64,000 bases of DNA from an uncultured Gemmatimonadales bacterium (GCA_963771275.1 CAVYSW010000003.1:1344001-1408000); one strand, 5' to 3'; numbered from the stretch's first letter, positions 28,960-40,181 are shown. Notes: a model not told the origin generated them from the letters alone. Numbers and translations are program-made.

Positions 28960-30120
28960 TCACGTCACCACCAACCGCTCTCTGACACCCAGCACGACCT
29001 TGTACAGCACCGTCAATGCGAGACATCCGACGGCGTACACGCCCACGGCGATCGCGATCTCGGGGGCCGTCGGGGCATACTCGGTGATCTCGCCGAGCGG
29101 TGACGGAATGAAGCCCGTCACCACCATGGCGAGGCCCTTCTCGATCCAGATGGCGGCGATCACGCCGCCGCAGAGCATCGCCAGATACTTCTCCCGCCGG
29201 CGCACGGCGGGCACCAGCAGGAACAGCACACAGGTCACCGTGAGCAGCTGGCCGACCCAGACCCACGGCGTCAGCGCGGCATGCCCCTCCAGTCCCACGA
29301 AGAGGTAGGCGAAGGCCTCGACGTGATCGGGGATGTTGCTGTAGAGGCCGGTGAACAGCTCCAGCAGGACGAAGAACAGGTTGATCGCCATCGCGTACGC
29401 GACGATCACGCCGAGCTTCTGCACGGCCTCCTGGCCCGGATCGAAGCGCGTGAAGCGCCGCAGCAGCAGCGCCAGCAGGATCAACAGGCTGGGACCCGAG
29501 GCGAACGCCGAAGCCAGGAACCGGGGCGCCAGAATCGCCGTCATCCAGAACGGCCGGGCTTCGAGGCCGGCATACAAGAAGGCGGTGACGGTGTGGATGC
29601 TGACGGCCCACGGGATCGACAGGTAGATCAGCGGCCTGACCCACCTGGGCGGCGGGACGTCTTTGCGCTCGGCCTCGAGCGTCACGCCGCCGATCACGGC
29701 GTTCAACACGAGGTAGCCGGACAGCACCAGCACGTCCCAAAACATCACCGAGCTGGGACGGGGGTGCAGCAGCACGTTCATCACCCGCGCCGGCTGGCCC
29801 ATGTCGACGAACACGAACAGCATGCACATCAGCACCGCCGACACGGCCAGGAACTCGCCCAGAATCACCATCCGGGCGAACGCCTTGGTGTGGTGCAGGT
29901 AGTAGGGCAGAACGACCATGACCGCGGACGCGGCCACCCCGACGAGGAACGTGAACTGCGCGATGTAGAGGCCCCACGCGACGTCCCGGCTCATGCCCGT
30001 GATGTGCAGGCCCTCGCGCAGCTGGTAGCCGTAGGCGGCGAGACCGACCAGCACGAGGGTCCCCCAGAGGCCCAGGAGCAGCCAGTAGCGCTTGCTTCCA
30101 CGGAACGCGTTCTGCAGCAT
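28960..30120 (-). CDS. dsrP: DsrP, NrfD-family membrane subunit
   Basis: TGMSRDVAWGLYIAQFTFLVGVAASAVM, SIPWAVSIHTVTAFL. Confidence 0.95.
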   Translation of the reverse strand: MLQNAFRGSKRYWLLLGLWGTLVLVGLAAYGYQLREGLHITGMSRDVAWGLYIAQFTFLVGVAASAVMVVLPYYLHHTKAFARMVILGEFLAVSAVLMCMLFVFVDMGQPARVMNVLLHPRPSSVMFWDVLVLSGYLVLNAVIGGVTLEAERKDVPPPRWVRPLIYLSIPWAVSIHTVTAFLYAGLEARPFWMTAILAPRFLASAFASGPSLLILLALLLRRFTRFDPGQEAVQKLGVIVAYAMAINLFFVLLELFTGLYSNIPDHVEAFAYLFVGLEGHAALTPWVWVGQLLTVTCVLFLLVPAVRRREKYLAMLCGGVIAAIWIEKGLAMVVTGFIPSPLGEITEYAPTAPEIAIAVGVYAVGCLALTVLYKVVLGVRERLVVT

Positions 30121-30165
30121 GGTAATTACGTCTTTGCTCCCTCCCGGTAATCGTCCCGACCGACC

Positions 30166-30969
30166 CTACACGATGTAGAACACGTTCGGCCCGGTTCCCA
30201 GGCCGACCCTGCGGGCGATGGTATTGCGCTCGCGCAGCATGCGATTCACCGCAGAGTCCGGCTCGGCCAGGTTTCCGAACGTCAACGCCCCCTCACCCCC
30301 GGGCACGCGGCTGGCGGCCTCCACGCAGGCAGGCGGCTTGCCGTCGCGGAGCCGCTCGGCGCAAAACGTGCACTTCTCCACGACGCCCTTGGTACGCGTG
30401 GGGTAGTCCGACGGCAGCGCGCCGTGCTCGTCGCGCTCGAGATACGGCCGCGGATCCCGCCAGTTGAAGCTCCGCGAGCCGTACGGGCACGCGGCGATGC
30501 AGTAGCGACAGCCGATGCAGCGGTGCATGTCCATCATCACGATCCCGTCCTGCTCGCGCTTCCAGGTGGCCCCGGTGGGACACACCTTGACGCAGGGCGG
30601 GTTGGTGCAGTGGTTGCAGAGCACCAGCACCGGGAGGACCCGCGTGACGGCGGCCGTGTGCGCGTGCACCTGATCGGGAAACACGTGCTGGTATTCCTCG
30701 GTCCAGATCCACTTGACCTCGTCGGCCGGATCCGAAATGCGGGGCACGTTGTGCTCCCGATCGCAGGCCTCGATACAGGCGCGGCGCACGTCCTCGCGCA
30801 GGCACTTCTCGGTATCGATGATCATGGCCCACTGGCTGCGGGGCACGGCCGCGTCGGCCGGGGCCTGCCCGCGCGCCGCGCAGGCGGCGTCGAGTAGAGG
30901 GAATCCGCAGCCCACACCAAGTGCCGTGAAGCTCAGCTCCTTGAGGAAACGGCGTCGGCTCTCATCCAT
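30166..30969 (-). CDS. dsrO: DsrO, Tat-exported 4Fe-4S protein
   Basis: SRRRFLK Tat motif; CNHCTNPPC, CIGCRYC, KCTFC. Confidence 0.95.
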   Translation of the reverse strand: MDESRRRFLKELSFTALGVGCGFPLLDAACAARGQAPADAAVPRSQWAMIIDTEKCLREDVRRACIEACDREHNVPRISDPADEVKWIWTEEYQHVFPDQVHAHTAAVTRVLPVLVLCNHCTNPPCVKVCPTGATWKREQDGIVMMDMHRCIGCRYCIAACPYGSRSFNWRDPRPYLERDEHGALPSDYPTRTKGVVEKCTFCAERLRDGKPPACVEAASRVPGGEGALTFGNLAEPDSAVNRMLRERNTIARRVGLGTGPNVFYIV

Positions 30970-30972
30970 CGC

Positions 30973-31353
30973 TCAGTTTCCTTTGGGCTCGATGTGACAG
31001 TTCCAGCACGTCAGCTCCACGCCGGCGTAGCTGTGGCAGCGGTCGCAGAACGTCGAGCCGTCGCTGTGGCAGCGCATGCACGTTCCCGTGAGGCTCATGA
31101 GGTACGACTTGCCCGACGTCGCGACGTAGTCTTTCTCGCCGTCCCGCACGACCGCGTTGCGCCACTGCTGCAGCAGGGCCACGTGCTGCGTCGTCATGTA
31201 CGCGCTGTCCTCGACGCACGCGGGCTCGCCCTCCGGCCGCTCCAGCTCGGGTCGGGGAGCGGAGCCGTCGGGGCCGAGCGCGTACCAGATCGGAAAGGCC
31301 GCGAGCGCGACGAACACGGCCAGCCCGGCGGTGATCCGCGTCCGGTCACGCAT
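30973..31353 (-). CDS. dsrJ: DsrJ, triheme cytochrome c
   Basis: N-terminal TM helix; CMRCH, CDRCH, CWNCH. Confidence 0.95.
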   Translation of the reverse strand: MRDRTRITAGLAVFVALAAFPIWYALGPDGSAPRPELERPEGEPACVEDSAYMTTQHVALLQQWRNAVVRDGEKDYVATSGKSYLMSLTGTCMRCHSDGSTFCDRCHSYAGVELTCWNCHIEPKGN

Positions 31354-33013
31354 CGGCGGACGCTCCCTCCTCCGAGCCCGGTTCCCCGTCTGTCGCCATG
31401 CCGGGGATCGGCTCGAGTCGCAGGTTGTGCGTGCGCCGCTTCTCGCCCTTGAACACGGTGGCGTTGGCGACGAGCTCGCAGATGCCCGTCACCTTGACGC
31501 CAGGGGCCCAGTAGTCGCACACCGTCGGCAGCGTGGCGCGATCGATGGCGCACATGGCGGCCAGCCGGTTGACGCCGTGCCGCTCCTGGACGTAGCGGAC
31601 CGCATTGCCCCGGGGGAGCCCACCGCGGAGCCGCATTTCCATGTTCTCGTCGGTGCCCAGGCCGGCGCCGCCGCCGCAGCAGAACGTCTGTTCGCGGATC
31701 GTGTTTTCCGGCATCTCGAAGAAATGGTTGCACACGTTGCGCAGCACGTACCGGGGTTCCTCGAGGATCCCCATCGCGCGGGCCGGGTTGCAGGAGTCGT
31801 GGAACGTGACGCGGAGGTGGTCGTTGCGCGACGGGTCGAGCTGCAGCTTGCCGTGGCACATCACGTCCGCCAGGAACTCCATGATGTGGACCACCTTGGT
31901 CGAGCGCGCGTGCTCGAACACGGTGCCCGTGACCGGCGAGCGCGGAACCTCCAGGAAGTCGGCGGGCCCGTTCATGGTGTCCATGTACTGGTTGATCACC
32001 CGCCACATGTGCCCGCACTCACCGCCCAGGATCCACTTCACACCCAGGCGCTTGGCCTCGGTGAAGATCTTGGCGTTGAGCCGCTTCATCGTCTCGTGCG
32101 AGGTGAACAGCCCGAAATTGCCTCCGTCGGACGCGTAGGTGCTCCACGTGTAGTCGATCCCCAGCTCGTGGAACAGCAGCATGTACGCCATGCAGGTGTA
32201 GATCCCGGGGTCGGCGACGAAGTCGCCGGAAGGCGTGAAGAACAGGATCTCCGCGCCCTTCTTGTTCACCGGGAGATCCACCCGGATGCCCGTCGCCTCC
32301 GCGATGTCGTCGGCCATGAACTCCAGCGTGTCCATCAGGCCGTGCGGCTGGATCCCCAGATGGTTGCCGTACCTGAAGCAGTTGGCGACAGGCTCGATGA
32401 CCCAGTTGACGTACAACCCGAGCAAGCCGAGCAGCTCGCGACCCATCATCGTGATCTCGGCCGTGTCGATGCCGAACGGGCAGAACACGGAGCAGCGGCG
32501 GCACTCGGTGCACTGGTAGAAGTAGTAGAACCACTCCTTGATGACGTCGGGCGTGAGCTCCCGACCCCCGGCCAGCTTGCCGAACACCTTCCCCAGCGCC
32601 GTGAAGTCCTTCCGGTAGATCGACCGCAACAGCTCGGCCCGCAGCACCGGCATGTTCTTCGGGTCGCCGCTCCCGAGGAAGAAGTGGCATTTGTCGGCGC
32701 AGGCGCCGCAGCGCACGCACACGTCCATGAACAGCTTGAAGGAGCGGAACCGTTTCAGGCGATCGGCCATGCCGTCGAGCACGATGTTCCGCCAGCCCTC
32801 GGGGAGCTGCCAGTTCTCATCGGTGACCGCCCAGTCCCGCGGATTCGGCAGGTCGAGCACCTTGAGGTTCTTGGCTTTCCCGGGGTAGATGAACGTGCCC
32901 GGGCGAAAGTCCACCGGCGTGTCCATCCACCCCGTCTTCGGCGGGTGCCAGTCGACCTTCAGCAGCTCGTCCTGCTCGTAGGAGCCGGGGTCATCCGGAT
33001 GCGTCATCGTCAT
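31346..33013 (-). CDS. dsrK: DsrK
   Basis: CVRCGACADKC, CTECRRC, GECGHMWR, HDSCN, CCGGG, CAID. Confidence 0.96.
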   Translation of the reverse strand: MTMTHPDDPGSYEQDELLKVDWHPPKTGWMDTPVDFRPGTFIYPGKAKNLKVLDLPNPRDWAVTDENWQLPEGWRNIVLDGMADRLKRFRSFKLFMDVCVRCGACADKCHFFLGSGDPKNMPVLRAELLRSIYRKDFTALGKVFGKLAGGRELTPDVIKEWFYYFYQCTECRRCSVFCPFGIDTAEITMMGRELLGLLGLYVNWVIEPVANCFRYGNHLGIQPHGLMDTLEFMADDIAEATGIRVDLPVNKKGAEILFFTPSGDFVADPGIYTCMAYMLLFHELGIDYTWSTYASDGGNFGLFTSHETMKRLNAKIFTEAKRLGVKWILGGECGHMWRVINQYMDTMNGPADFLEVPRSPVTGTVFEHARSTKVVHIMEFLADVMCHGKLQLDPSRNDHLRVTFHDSCNPARAMGILEEPRYVLRNVCNHFFEMPENTIREQTFCCGGGAGLGTDENMEMRLRGGLPRGNAVRYVQERHGVNRLAAMCAIDRATLPTVCDYWAPGVKVTGICELVANATVFKGEKRRTHNLRLEPIPGMATDGEPGSEEGASADA

Positions 33014-33999
33014 GGCCTCTCGACCGGGATGCCGGCCGTTTTCATCTTCTCCCGGAGCTCGTCCTCGTATTCCTCATAGGTGTGGACCTTCACCGGGTAG
33101 TCCCAGGGATTCACGTGCCGCACCGCGCGGTTGTTGTTTGCGAGATTGCGCGTCGGGCTCAGGAAGATCCCCGGCATGTGCACCAGCTTGCTGAGCGGGA
33201 AGTACGCGGCCAGCACGCACACCAGGAATAGGTGCCCGTAGAACACCGGGCTCAACCCGGCAGGCACGGTGGGGGCGAAGCCGGCGAGCCCCAGCGCCAG
33301 CTGCTTGACGCTCGCCACGTCGACCCCGACGAGATGCCGGAGGCAGAATCCGCTGGTGCCGATGCCGAGCAGCAGGAACAGCGCGAAGTAGTCTCCCGCG
33401 AGGGAGATGTAGCGCACGGACGGGTTCGCCAGCCTGCGGTACAGCAGGTAGGCCAGCGCCGCGAGGAACACGACCGACGTCACGAACACCAGTGGCAGCC
33501 CGATCTGGAGGAACCCGTCCACCCGCTCCACGAACGTCACGAACCCGGGCACCGGGTTGGTCATCAGCCGCAGGTGGCGGATCAGGACGATCAGCAGCGA
33601 CCAGTGCATGGCCAGCGCGCCAAGCCAGAGCGTCAGATCGGTGCCGTGCACGAGCCGCCGCCCGTCGACCATCTCCGACCGGGTGTTCCGCAGCAGGGAG
33701 CGGAAGCACAGGACCTCAAGGGCCATGCGGCCGAGGACGCCGGGCAGCGTCGACGGATTCTCCAGCTTCTGCTGCTTGACCCAGGCGAGGGACTTCTCCT
33801 GGCCGCAGGTCGTGGGGATGCGGAACGGGACGGGACTGCCGGCCCACCACAGCACGCGGTAGATCAACCCGCCGATGAACAGCGCGGCGGCGAGATACGG
33901 CAGCGCCACGGCGAAGACCCAGCCGAGGGCCGGCACGGCCCCCAGCATGCCGAGCAGAAACAGGCCCGCCGCGACGGCGAACGCAAGCAGGATTCTCAT
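33010..33999 (-). CDS. dsrM: DsrM
   Basis: PVPFRIPTTCGQEKSL, HWSLLIVLIRH, YFPLSKLVHMPG, SPTRN. Confidence 0.96.
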   Translation of the reverse strand: MRILLAFAVAAGLFLLGMLGAVPALGWVFAVALPYLAAALFIGGLIYRVLWWAGSPVPFRIPTTCGQEKSLAWVKQQKLENPSTLPGVLGRMALEVLCFRSLLRNTRSEMVDGRRLVHGTDLTLWLGALAMHWSLLIVLIRHLRLMTNPVPGFVTFVERVDGFLQIGLPLVFVTSVVFLAALAYLLYRRLANPSVRYISLAGDYFALFLLLGIGTSGFCLRHLVGVDVASVKQLALGLAGFAPTVPAGLSPVFYGHLFLVCVLAAYFPLSKLVHMPGIFLSPTRNLANNNRAVRHVNPWDYPVKVHTYEEYEDELREKMKTAGIPVERP

Positions 34000-34508
34000 G
34001 CCTCCGGGTCCTCACCCCGCTGGTTCATCTTGCCGACGACCCACGCGACCTGTCGCTTCACTTCCTCGATGCGGAGCTGGTACACCTGCTCCCGGCACTG
34101 CGCGAAGATGTCGAATGCGGCCAGGGCGATCCGATCGATCTCCCCGTCCAGCGCCGCCAGCTCGGAGGCCGCCTCCGGCTCCCGGACCACCTCGGCCAAC
34201 TCCGTTCGAATCACGTCCTTGAGATGGAAAACGAAGCTGAGGGCTTGGGAGGGAGTGAACTGCTGAACGGCCCGGACCTTGATGATCTCGCGCAGCGACG
34301 CGCGGACCTGCTCGGCGTCAAGCCCGTTGCAGAGCGCCTCGACAATCCCGCGCGTGCCGGCGCGAACGCTGTGGCCGACGGGATTGGCGAACCGGTCCTG
34401 CTCCCGCCCGAACATCGCGGAGGCGTCCCCGGGGTAGCTCGCCAGGATGCCGTCGATCCAGTGCTGGATGACGGCCTCCCTGCGCTCCAGCAGCCGCTCC
34501 CTGAGCAT
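33996..34508 (-). CDS. dsrT: DsrT (RsbRD N-terminal domain)
   Basis: DRFANPVG, IIKVRAVQQFTPSQAL; directly upstream of dsrM. Confidence 0.92.
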   Translation of the reverse strand: MLRERLLERREAVIQHWIDGILASYPGDASAMFGREQDRFANPVGHSVRAGTRGIVEALCNGLDAEQVRASLREIIKVRAVQQFTPSQALSFVFHLKDVIRTELAEVVREPEAASELAALDGEIDRIALAAFDIFAQCREQVYQLRIEEVKRQVAWVVGKMNQRGEDPEA

Positions 34509-34542
34509 CAGCGCCGACCTCCGCGACCGAGCCGTCCGTGGT

Positions 34543-34860
34543 TCACACGCAGCCCGTCGGTTTGGGCAATCCGGCGACCTTGCACGCGCCCTTGGCCGGG
34601 CCGGACGGGAACAGATCGTAGATCTGCTTGAGCGGGAAGCCGGTGCTCTTGCACAGCTTCCGGATCATCGGGGCCATGTTGTACTGCAGGTAGTACTCCC
34701 GCAGGTAGTTCACGAGCTTCCAGTGGTCGGGCGTCATTTCGGCCACGGATTCCGTCAGGGCGAGATCCTTCGCGACGGCTTCGTTCCACGCGGCCGGATC
34801 CTGGATGAACCCGTCCTCGTCGACCTCGATCTGCTTGCCACCGAGTAGCTTCATCTCCAT
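34543..34860 (-). CDS. dsrC: DsrC
   Basis: VDEDGF, HWKLVNYLR, LFPSGPAKGACKVAGLPKPTGCV with both C-terminal Cys. Confidence 0.96.
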   Translation of the reverse strand: MEMKLLGGKQIEVDEDGFIQDPAAWNEAVAKDLALTESVAEMTPDHWKLVNYLREYYLQYNMAPMIRKLCKSTGFPLKQIYDLFPSGPAKGACKVAGLPKPTGCV

Positions 34861-34924
34861 CGGACTCCTCCTCAGCCTGGCCATCCGCGCGCCTCGGGGC
34901 GCCGGAGAGGCCCACGTGGGCGGT

Positions 34925-35317
34925 TTACAGGATGTCAATGTCCAGTCGTGGCGGGTGCGTCAGCGTGTGGTGAATGACGCACTGCTCGGCCACGCGACGT
35001 ACGGCTGCCCTGCGATCCTCGGGGACTCCCGGCGGCAATTCCACATCGGCCACGATCGCGCCGATACGCTTGGGATCGTCCGCCAGCTCCACGGTCAGAT
35101 TGACGGCGACGTCGCCGCCCGTGTACCCGTGCGTCTCGCAGTAGCCCTGCACCATCATCGCGATACAGGCACCGAGGGAGCCGGCCAGGAGCTCCACCGG
35201 GGCGAACCCGGCGTCCTGGCCGCCATCCCCCGGGGACATGTCACTCGTCACCGAATGCCGGCGCACGCGGATCGCGAACGCCTGGCGCTCCTTCCGGGTG
35301 ACGGTGATCAGGTCCAT
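34925..35317 (-). CDS. OsmC/YhfA-family protein
   Basis: GGQDAGFAPVELLAGSLGAC...QCVIHHTL (two-Cys OsmC pattern). Confidence 0.85.
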   Translation of the reverse strand: MDLITVTRKERQAFAIRVRRHSVTSDMSPGDGGQDAGFAPVELLAGSLGACIAMMVQGYCETHGYTGGDVAVNLTVELADDPKRIGAIVADVELPPGVPEDRRAAVRRVAEQCVIHHTLTHPPRLDIDIL

Positions 35318-35321
35318 GGCA

Positions 35322-36551
35322 TCAGGCCTTCGTGACCACGCCCGTCGCGGCCTGGTGCAGCTTCACCTCCACCTTCTCCTCGAGCGTCGCGTAGTACTGC
35401 TTCAGAATCTCCAGCACCTCGGGTCGGCTGAAATCCTCGGGAGGATTGCCGCCCTCGGAGAGCGTCTTCCGCAGCACGGTGCCGCTCAGCATGAGCCGGT
35501 CGTCCTTGCCGTGCGGGCAGGTCTTCATCGAGGCCATCCCGCGGCACTTGAAGCAGTAGAACGTCCAGTCGATCATCAACGGCTTCGTCTCGAGCGCGTC
35601 GGGCGGGATCTCGAAGAAGATCTTCTGAGCGTCGAACGGTCCGTAGTAGCTGCCCACGCCAGCGTGATCCCGGCCCACGATCAGGTGACTGCAGCCATAG
35701 TTCTGGCGGAACAGCGCGTGGAGCAGCGCCTCGCGCGGCCCGGCGTACCGCATGTCGAGCGGGTAGCCGCCCTGGATCGCCGAGCCCTTCACGAAGTACT
35801 TCTCGACCAGCGTGTCGACGCACCGGACGCGGACGTCGGCGGGGATGTCGCCGGGCTTGAGCTTGCCGACGAGCTGGTGAATGAAGAGGCCGTCCAGGAT
35901 CTCGAGCGCGATCTTGGCCAGATACTCGTGCGAGCGGTGCATCGGGTTGCGCAGCTGCAGCGCGGCCACGGTCCGCCAGCCGCGCTCGGTGAATTTCTGG
36001 CGCGACTCGGCAGGGCGCATGTACACGCCCTTGAACTCCACCGGGAAGTAGCTCTCGCTGAGCACCTTGATGGGCCCGCCGAAGTTGACCTCCTTCTGGG
36101 CCATCACCATCGCGACGCCGGGATGCTCCGTGTCGTTGGTCCGGAACACTTCCTTGCACTCGAGCGCTTTGTCGATGGGGTACTTGTCCGTCACCTTCAT
36201 GATGGCCATGGCGGTGCCGGTCTCCGCGTCGACAAGCGTCACCTCCTGCCCGAGCTTGATCGCCTTCGCATCGTCCTGCGACGCGGACACGGTCACGGGA
36301 ATGGGCCAGAAGGTGCCGTCGGACATCTGCATGTCGGTGCAGACGCGCTTCCAGTCCGCACTGCCCATGAACCCGTCCAGCGGCGTGAAGCCGCCGATGC
36401 CCAGCATGATGGCATCACCGGTTTCGCGGGACGTCAGCGGGATCTTCTTGAGTCCCACCGCCTGCTTCTGCGCGTCGGCCAGCTCCTTGCCCTGCAGCAG
36501 CAGGGGCTTGAGCTTCTTGTCTTTGCCGTGTGGATTCACCAGTTGAGCCAT
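35322..36551 (-). CDS. sat: Sulfate adenylyltransferase
   Basis: [45 protein letters not shown]. Start MAQLV at 36551. Confidence 0.97.
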   Translation of the reverse strand: MAQLVNPHGKDKKLKPLLLQGKELADAQKQAVGLKKIPLTSRETGDAIMLGIGGFTPLDGFMGSADWKRVCTDMQMSDGTFWPIPVTVSASQDDAKAIKLGQEVTLVDAETGTAMAIMKVTDKYPIDKALECKEVFRTNDTEHPGVAMVMAQKEVNFGGPIKVLSESYFPVEFKGVYMRPAESRQKFTERGWRTVAALQLRNPMHRSHEYLAKIALEILDGLFIHQLVGKLKPGDIPADVRVRCVDTLVEKYFVKGSAIQGGYPLDMRYAGPREALLHALFRQNYGCSHLIVGRDHAGVGSYYGPFDAQKIFFEIPPDALETKPLMIDWTFYCFKCRGMASMKTCPHGKDDRLMLSGTVLRKTLSEGGNPPEDFSRPEVLEILKQYYATLEEKVEVKLHQAATGVVTKA

Positions 36552-36639
36552 CGTCGTTCCCTCGTTGAGGCGTGCGGTTGTGGTGTCCGACGTATGCTTC
36601 ACGACTCGCCCCGGTGGGCGGGTCAACGGTCCGAGTTCT

Positions 36640-37917
36640 TCAGCGTCCTCCGACCTCAACCAGCTCCCGAGTCTCGACCGGCTCGCCGGTCGGCGGTTCC
36701 CGGAGGAGCGCCCCGCCGTCACCCGGCGCGAGCCGGCCGACCGGCCGGGTCCGCCCCGTGTGCTCGGCGTACACCATCGCCGTGGTGCGGTAGAGCAGGT
36801 GCGCGAACTTCGAGTACGGCAAGTACACCAGCAGCTGGAACACCAGAACGAGGTGCACCAGGTAGACGGCATACGCGACCTGGGCGAGCCCGCTTGCAGG
36901 CGCGGGACCGACGGCGAACCGGAACGTCTCCGTCGCGAACCCGGTGACCGCGACGCCCAGGAGCAGCCACACGAAGAGCCAGTCGAACGACGTGCTGACC
37001 GCCGAGCCGGCCTTGCTCCCCATCCGGTCGACCATGGCCTTCACGCAGCCGAAGATCAGCACCACCCCACCCACGTTCGCGAGGATCTTCATCGGATGGA
37101 GCAGGCCGAACGGATACATGGAGGCAATCCCGAACACGCGCGGATTGACGTAGAGATCCACCACCGCCCACACGGTCACGACGTACAGGGCCAGGAAGCC
37201 GTAAAACGCCGAGAGGTGGGCCAGCCGACGCGGCGCCTGGGCCGTGCACTTGGCGAACCGGTCGTGGGTCACGATCGACTGGAGCGTGTGCAGGATGGCC
37301 GGCAGAATGCCGATTGCGGACACGTAGGCGCCGCGCGCCACGTCGGCCGCCTTCATCGCCCGCCAGAACCGCGTGACTCCCGCGACGGCCACCACCAGGG
37401 CCAGCCCCGTGAAGAACCCATAGAAGCCGATCAGCAGCCAGTGGGGGAAGAACTCGGCGTAGAACCCGTGCTCCGCGCCGAACGGGAGCATCCGCTCGAG
37501 CGGCGCGCGCGCGGCCAGCGCCGCGGCCAGCAGCACGACCGGGATCAGCAGCATCACGGGCAGGTACTTGAACCCGTTGGCCCACGTGGCGAGGAAGCGG
37601 GGAACGGCGTACTGGTGCACGACGCGCCGCCGCACCGCTGCCAGCACGTCCCCCGGCCGCGCCCCGCGGGGGCAACGCGTCGAGCAGTCATTGCACTGGT
37701 GGCACAGCCAGACGTCGGGGTCCGCCATGAGGCGGTCCTTCAGGCCCCACTGCGCCCACAGCATCTCTTTCCGGGGGAAGCGGCTCCGGCCGGTGGACAG
37801 CTGGCACACCACCGAGCAGGTGGCGCACTGAAAGCACTGCTTGAGATCCCCGCCGCCCGACGCGACGATCTCCGCCACGAATCTCCTGTCCGGCCTCAGC
37901 ACTTGGACGTCGGCCAT
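36640..37917 (-). CDS. qmoC: QmoC
   Basis: [18 protein letters not shown], then TM helices with YLPYSKFAH. Start ATG 37917 or GTG 37926. Confidence 0.94.
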   Translation of the reverse strand: MADVQVLRPDRRFVAEIVASGGGDLKQCFQCATCSVVCQLSTGRSRFPRKEMLWAQWGLKDRLMADPDVWLCHQCNDCSTRCPRGARPGDVLAAVRRRVVHQYAVPRFLATWANGFKYLPVMLLIPVVLLAAALAARAPLERMLPFGAEHGFYAEFFPHWLLIGFYGFFTGLALVVAVAGVTRFWRAMKAADVARGAYVSAIGILPAILHTLQSIVTHDRFAKCTAQAPRRLAHLSAFYGFLALYVVTVWAVVDLYVNPRVFGIASMYPFGLLHPMKILANVGGVVLIFGCVKAMVDRMGSKAGSAVSTSFDWLFVWLLLGVAVTGFATETFRFAVGPAPASGLAQVAYAVYLVHLVLVFQLLVYLPYSKFAHLLYRTTAMVYAEHTGRTRPVGRLAPGDGGALLREPPTGEPVETRELVEVGGR

Positions 37918-37930
37918 CCTCGGCACACTC

Positions 37931-40177
37931 CTACCCCTTGAAGGGGTTCATGCCCATCTCCACGATCTGCTCGGCGAACTCGTTGACGAGGTCCGGCAGC
38001 TTCTCGTAGTCGGCGATCGAGAGCTGCTCGATGCGCACGCGCCCTTCCTCCAACGCCAGCTGCTTGAGCTTGTCGCGGATGTTGTCGCTCCGCGTGCCCA
38101 TCAGCTCGCTGCCGCGGATGAAGTGGCACTGGTAGTCGGCGCCGGACTTGCACCCGACGAGCAGAATGCCGTCGAAGCCACGCGCCAACGCGTCGGCGAT
38201 CCACACCACGTTGACGGCCCCGAGGCACCGCACGGGGATGAAACGGATGTAGGCGCTGTGCTGGCGTCGCAGCAGTCCCGCGACGTCCAGCGCCGGGTAG
38301 GCGTCGTTCTCGCAGATCAGGCCGAGCAGCCGGGGCTTCTCTTCGAACTCGTCCGGCACGTGAACGGCCTTGATCATCGACGAGATGATGTCGACGGAAT
38401 AGTCCTTGAACGAGATGATCCGCTCGGGGCAGGCGCCCAGGCAGATGCCGCAGCGACGGCAGCGCAGCGGGTTGAGCTGGGGCGTGCCCTTGGCGTCCTC
38501 GTTGAGCGTGCCGAAGGGGCACTCTTCGGTGCAGCGCTTGCATTGCGTGCAGCGCTGCAGCAGGAAGTCGGGGTAGGACTGGTCTCCCAGGCGCGGCTGT
38601 ACCGCGGCGCCGCGCGTCGCCAGCTCGAGGCTCTGGATCGCCTTGAGCGCCGCGCCGGCGCCGTCCTCTCGGCTCAGCTGCGCGTCGAGCGGCGCCCGCA
38701 CGCACCCCGCCGTGTAGATCCCCGTGCGCCGAGTCTCGTAGGGGAAACAGATGAAATGGGAGTCCGGGAAGCCGTACTTGAAGGCCGGCAGGTCGGGCCC
38801 CTGCCGGTAGTCGAGGTGCAGGATCGCGGTGCCCGCGACGTGCTGCAGCTCCTCCACGGTCTTCCTGGCCGCGTCGAGTTGCGCGCCGGCCTCGCCCTTC
38901 GCAACGACCGCCTGCGCGTCGGCGTAACGCCGCAGGGCCTCGCCGTCCGCGGCCACCGGCACCATGCCGGTGGCCAGGACCACCAGGTCGGCCTCAAGGC
39001 TGATGCTCTCGCCCAGCAGCGTGTTGCTGGCCGCGACCGCGAGGTTGTGGTCGCCGGTCTCGGTCACACCCGTCACGTCACCCTTGGTGAAGAAGATGGC
39101 GCTGTCTTCCTGGGCCCGGCGGTAGAACTCCTCGTACTGTCCCGGCGTGCGGATGTCTTTGTAGAGGACGTAGGCCTCGCACTCGGCGTCGAGCTGCCGG
39201 GCGAGCAGGGCCTGCTTGATGGTCACGCGGCAGCACACTCCCGAGCAGTACGGCAGGTGGTCCTTGTCGCGTGACCCGGCACACTGAATGAAGGCGATGC
39301 GACGGGCCGGCTTGCCATCGCTCGGCCGCGTGATGCGGCCCGAGCCGATCAGCTCCTCCATCTGCACGTTCGTGATCACGTTGGGGCACCGGCCGTAGCC
39401 GAGGTGCCCGAGCCGCGTCGCGTCGTACGGCTTCCAGCCGGTCGCCTGCACGATCGCGCCCACGCGGAACTGCGCGGAGGAGCCGTTGGTCCTGAGCGTG
39501 ACGTCGAACTGGCCGGGCTGACCCGTGATCCGCTCGATCGTGGTACCGGTGTGGACGGTGATGCGCTCGTGTCGCTCGACCGCGGCCACCTGCTCCGCGA
39601 TCGCCTGGGGCTGCGGATCCCGATAGGGAGGGCGATGCGGGATGCCCTTGGTGAACTTGCCGAGCCACCCGCCGAGCCGGGCCGCCTGCTCCACCAGGAC
39701 GACCTTGGAGCCGGCGTTGGCGGCGTTCAGGGCCGCGGACAGACCGGTCACCCCGCCCCCAACCACCAGAATCGTCCTGTCGATCGATTCGGCGAGCGGC
39801 TCGGGGAGCTCCGCCTTCTGCGCCCGCACGATGCCCATCCGCAGGTAGTCCTCGGCGAGCATCTGCGTGTCTTCGTCGCCGGGCTTGTGACTCCAGACCA
39901 CCTGTTCGCGCAGGTTCACGCGCTCGGTCTGACAGCCATCGAACGTGAAGGCGTCGGTCATGCAGCGCGGCGAGCATGCCGCGATCACGAGCGCCCGGGC
40001 ACCGTCGTTGATGTCGTGGGTGATGAGCTCGCGCCCCGCGGCGCCGCACAGGCACTCGTGCTGGCGGCAGGGCTCGGCGTGGTGCTCGTCGGTGGCGACC
40101 TTGCGCAACGCCTCGACGTCGAGGGAGGCCCCGATGTCACAGCCCCGACAGATGTATACGGCCACTTGCTTGTCCAA
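37931..40177 (-). CDS. qmoB: QmoB (HdrA-MvhD fusion)
   Basis: VYICRGC, VNLREQ, QCAGSRD, HFICFPYETRRTG, CENDAYPALD, VRCLG. TTG start. Confidence 0.95.
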   Translation of the reverse strand: MDKQVAVYICRGCDIGASLDVEALRKVATDEHHAEPCRQHECLCGAAGRELITHDINDGARALVIAACSPRCMTDAFTFDGCQTERVNLREQVVWSHKPGDEDTQMLAEDYLRMGIVRAQKAELPEPLAESIDRTILVVGGGVTGLSAALNAANAGSKVVLVEQAARLGGWLGKFTKGIPHRPPYRDPQPQAIAEQVAAVERHERITVHTGTTIERITGQPGQFDVTLRTNGSSAQFRVGAIVQATGWKPYDATRLGHLGYGRCPNVITNVQMEELIGSGRITRPSDGKPARRIAFIQCAGSRDKDHLPYCSGVCCRVTIKQALLARQLDAECEAYVLYKDIRTPGQYEEFYRRAQEDSAIFFTKGDVTGVTETGDHNLAVAASNTLLGESISLEADLVVLATGMVPVAADGEALRRYADAQAVVAKGEAGAQLDAARKTVEELQHVAGTAILHLDYRQGPDLPAFKYGFPDSHFICFPYETRRTGIYTAGCVRAPLDAQLSREDGAGAALKAIQSLELATRGAAVQPRLGDQSYPDFLLQRCTQCKRCTEECPFGTLNEDAKGTPQLNPLRCRRCGICLGACPERIISFKDYSVDIISSMIKAVHVPDEFEEKPRLLGLICENDAYPALDVAGLLRRQHSAYIRFIPVRCLGAVNVVWIADALARGFDGILLVGCKSGADYQCHFIRGSELMGTRSDNIRDKLKQLALEEGRVRIEQLSIADYEKLPDLVNEFAEQIVEMGMNPFKG

Positions 40178-40181
40178 GGTG

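Noticed and set aside
36552..36872. N-terminal extension of sat in the track, and similar extensions of dsrC, dsrB, hemB, rex and the DUF1634 ORF
   Set aside because: These extensions are non-homologous and mostly overlap neighbouring genes or promoters; internal starts fit the family N-termini.
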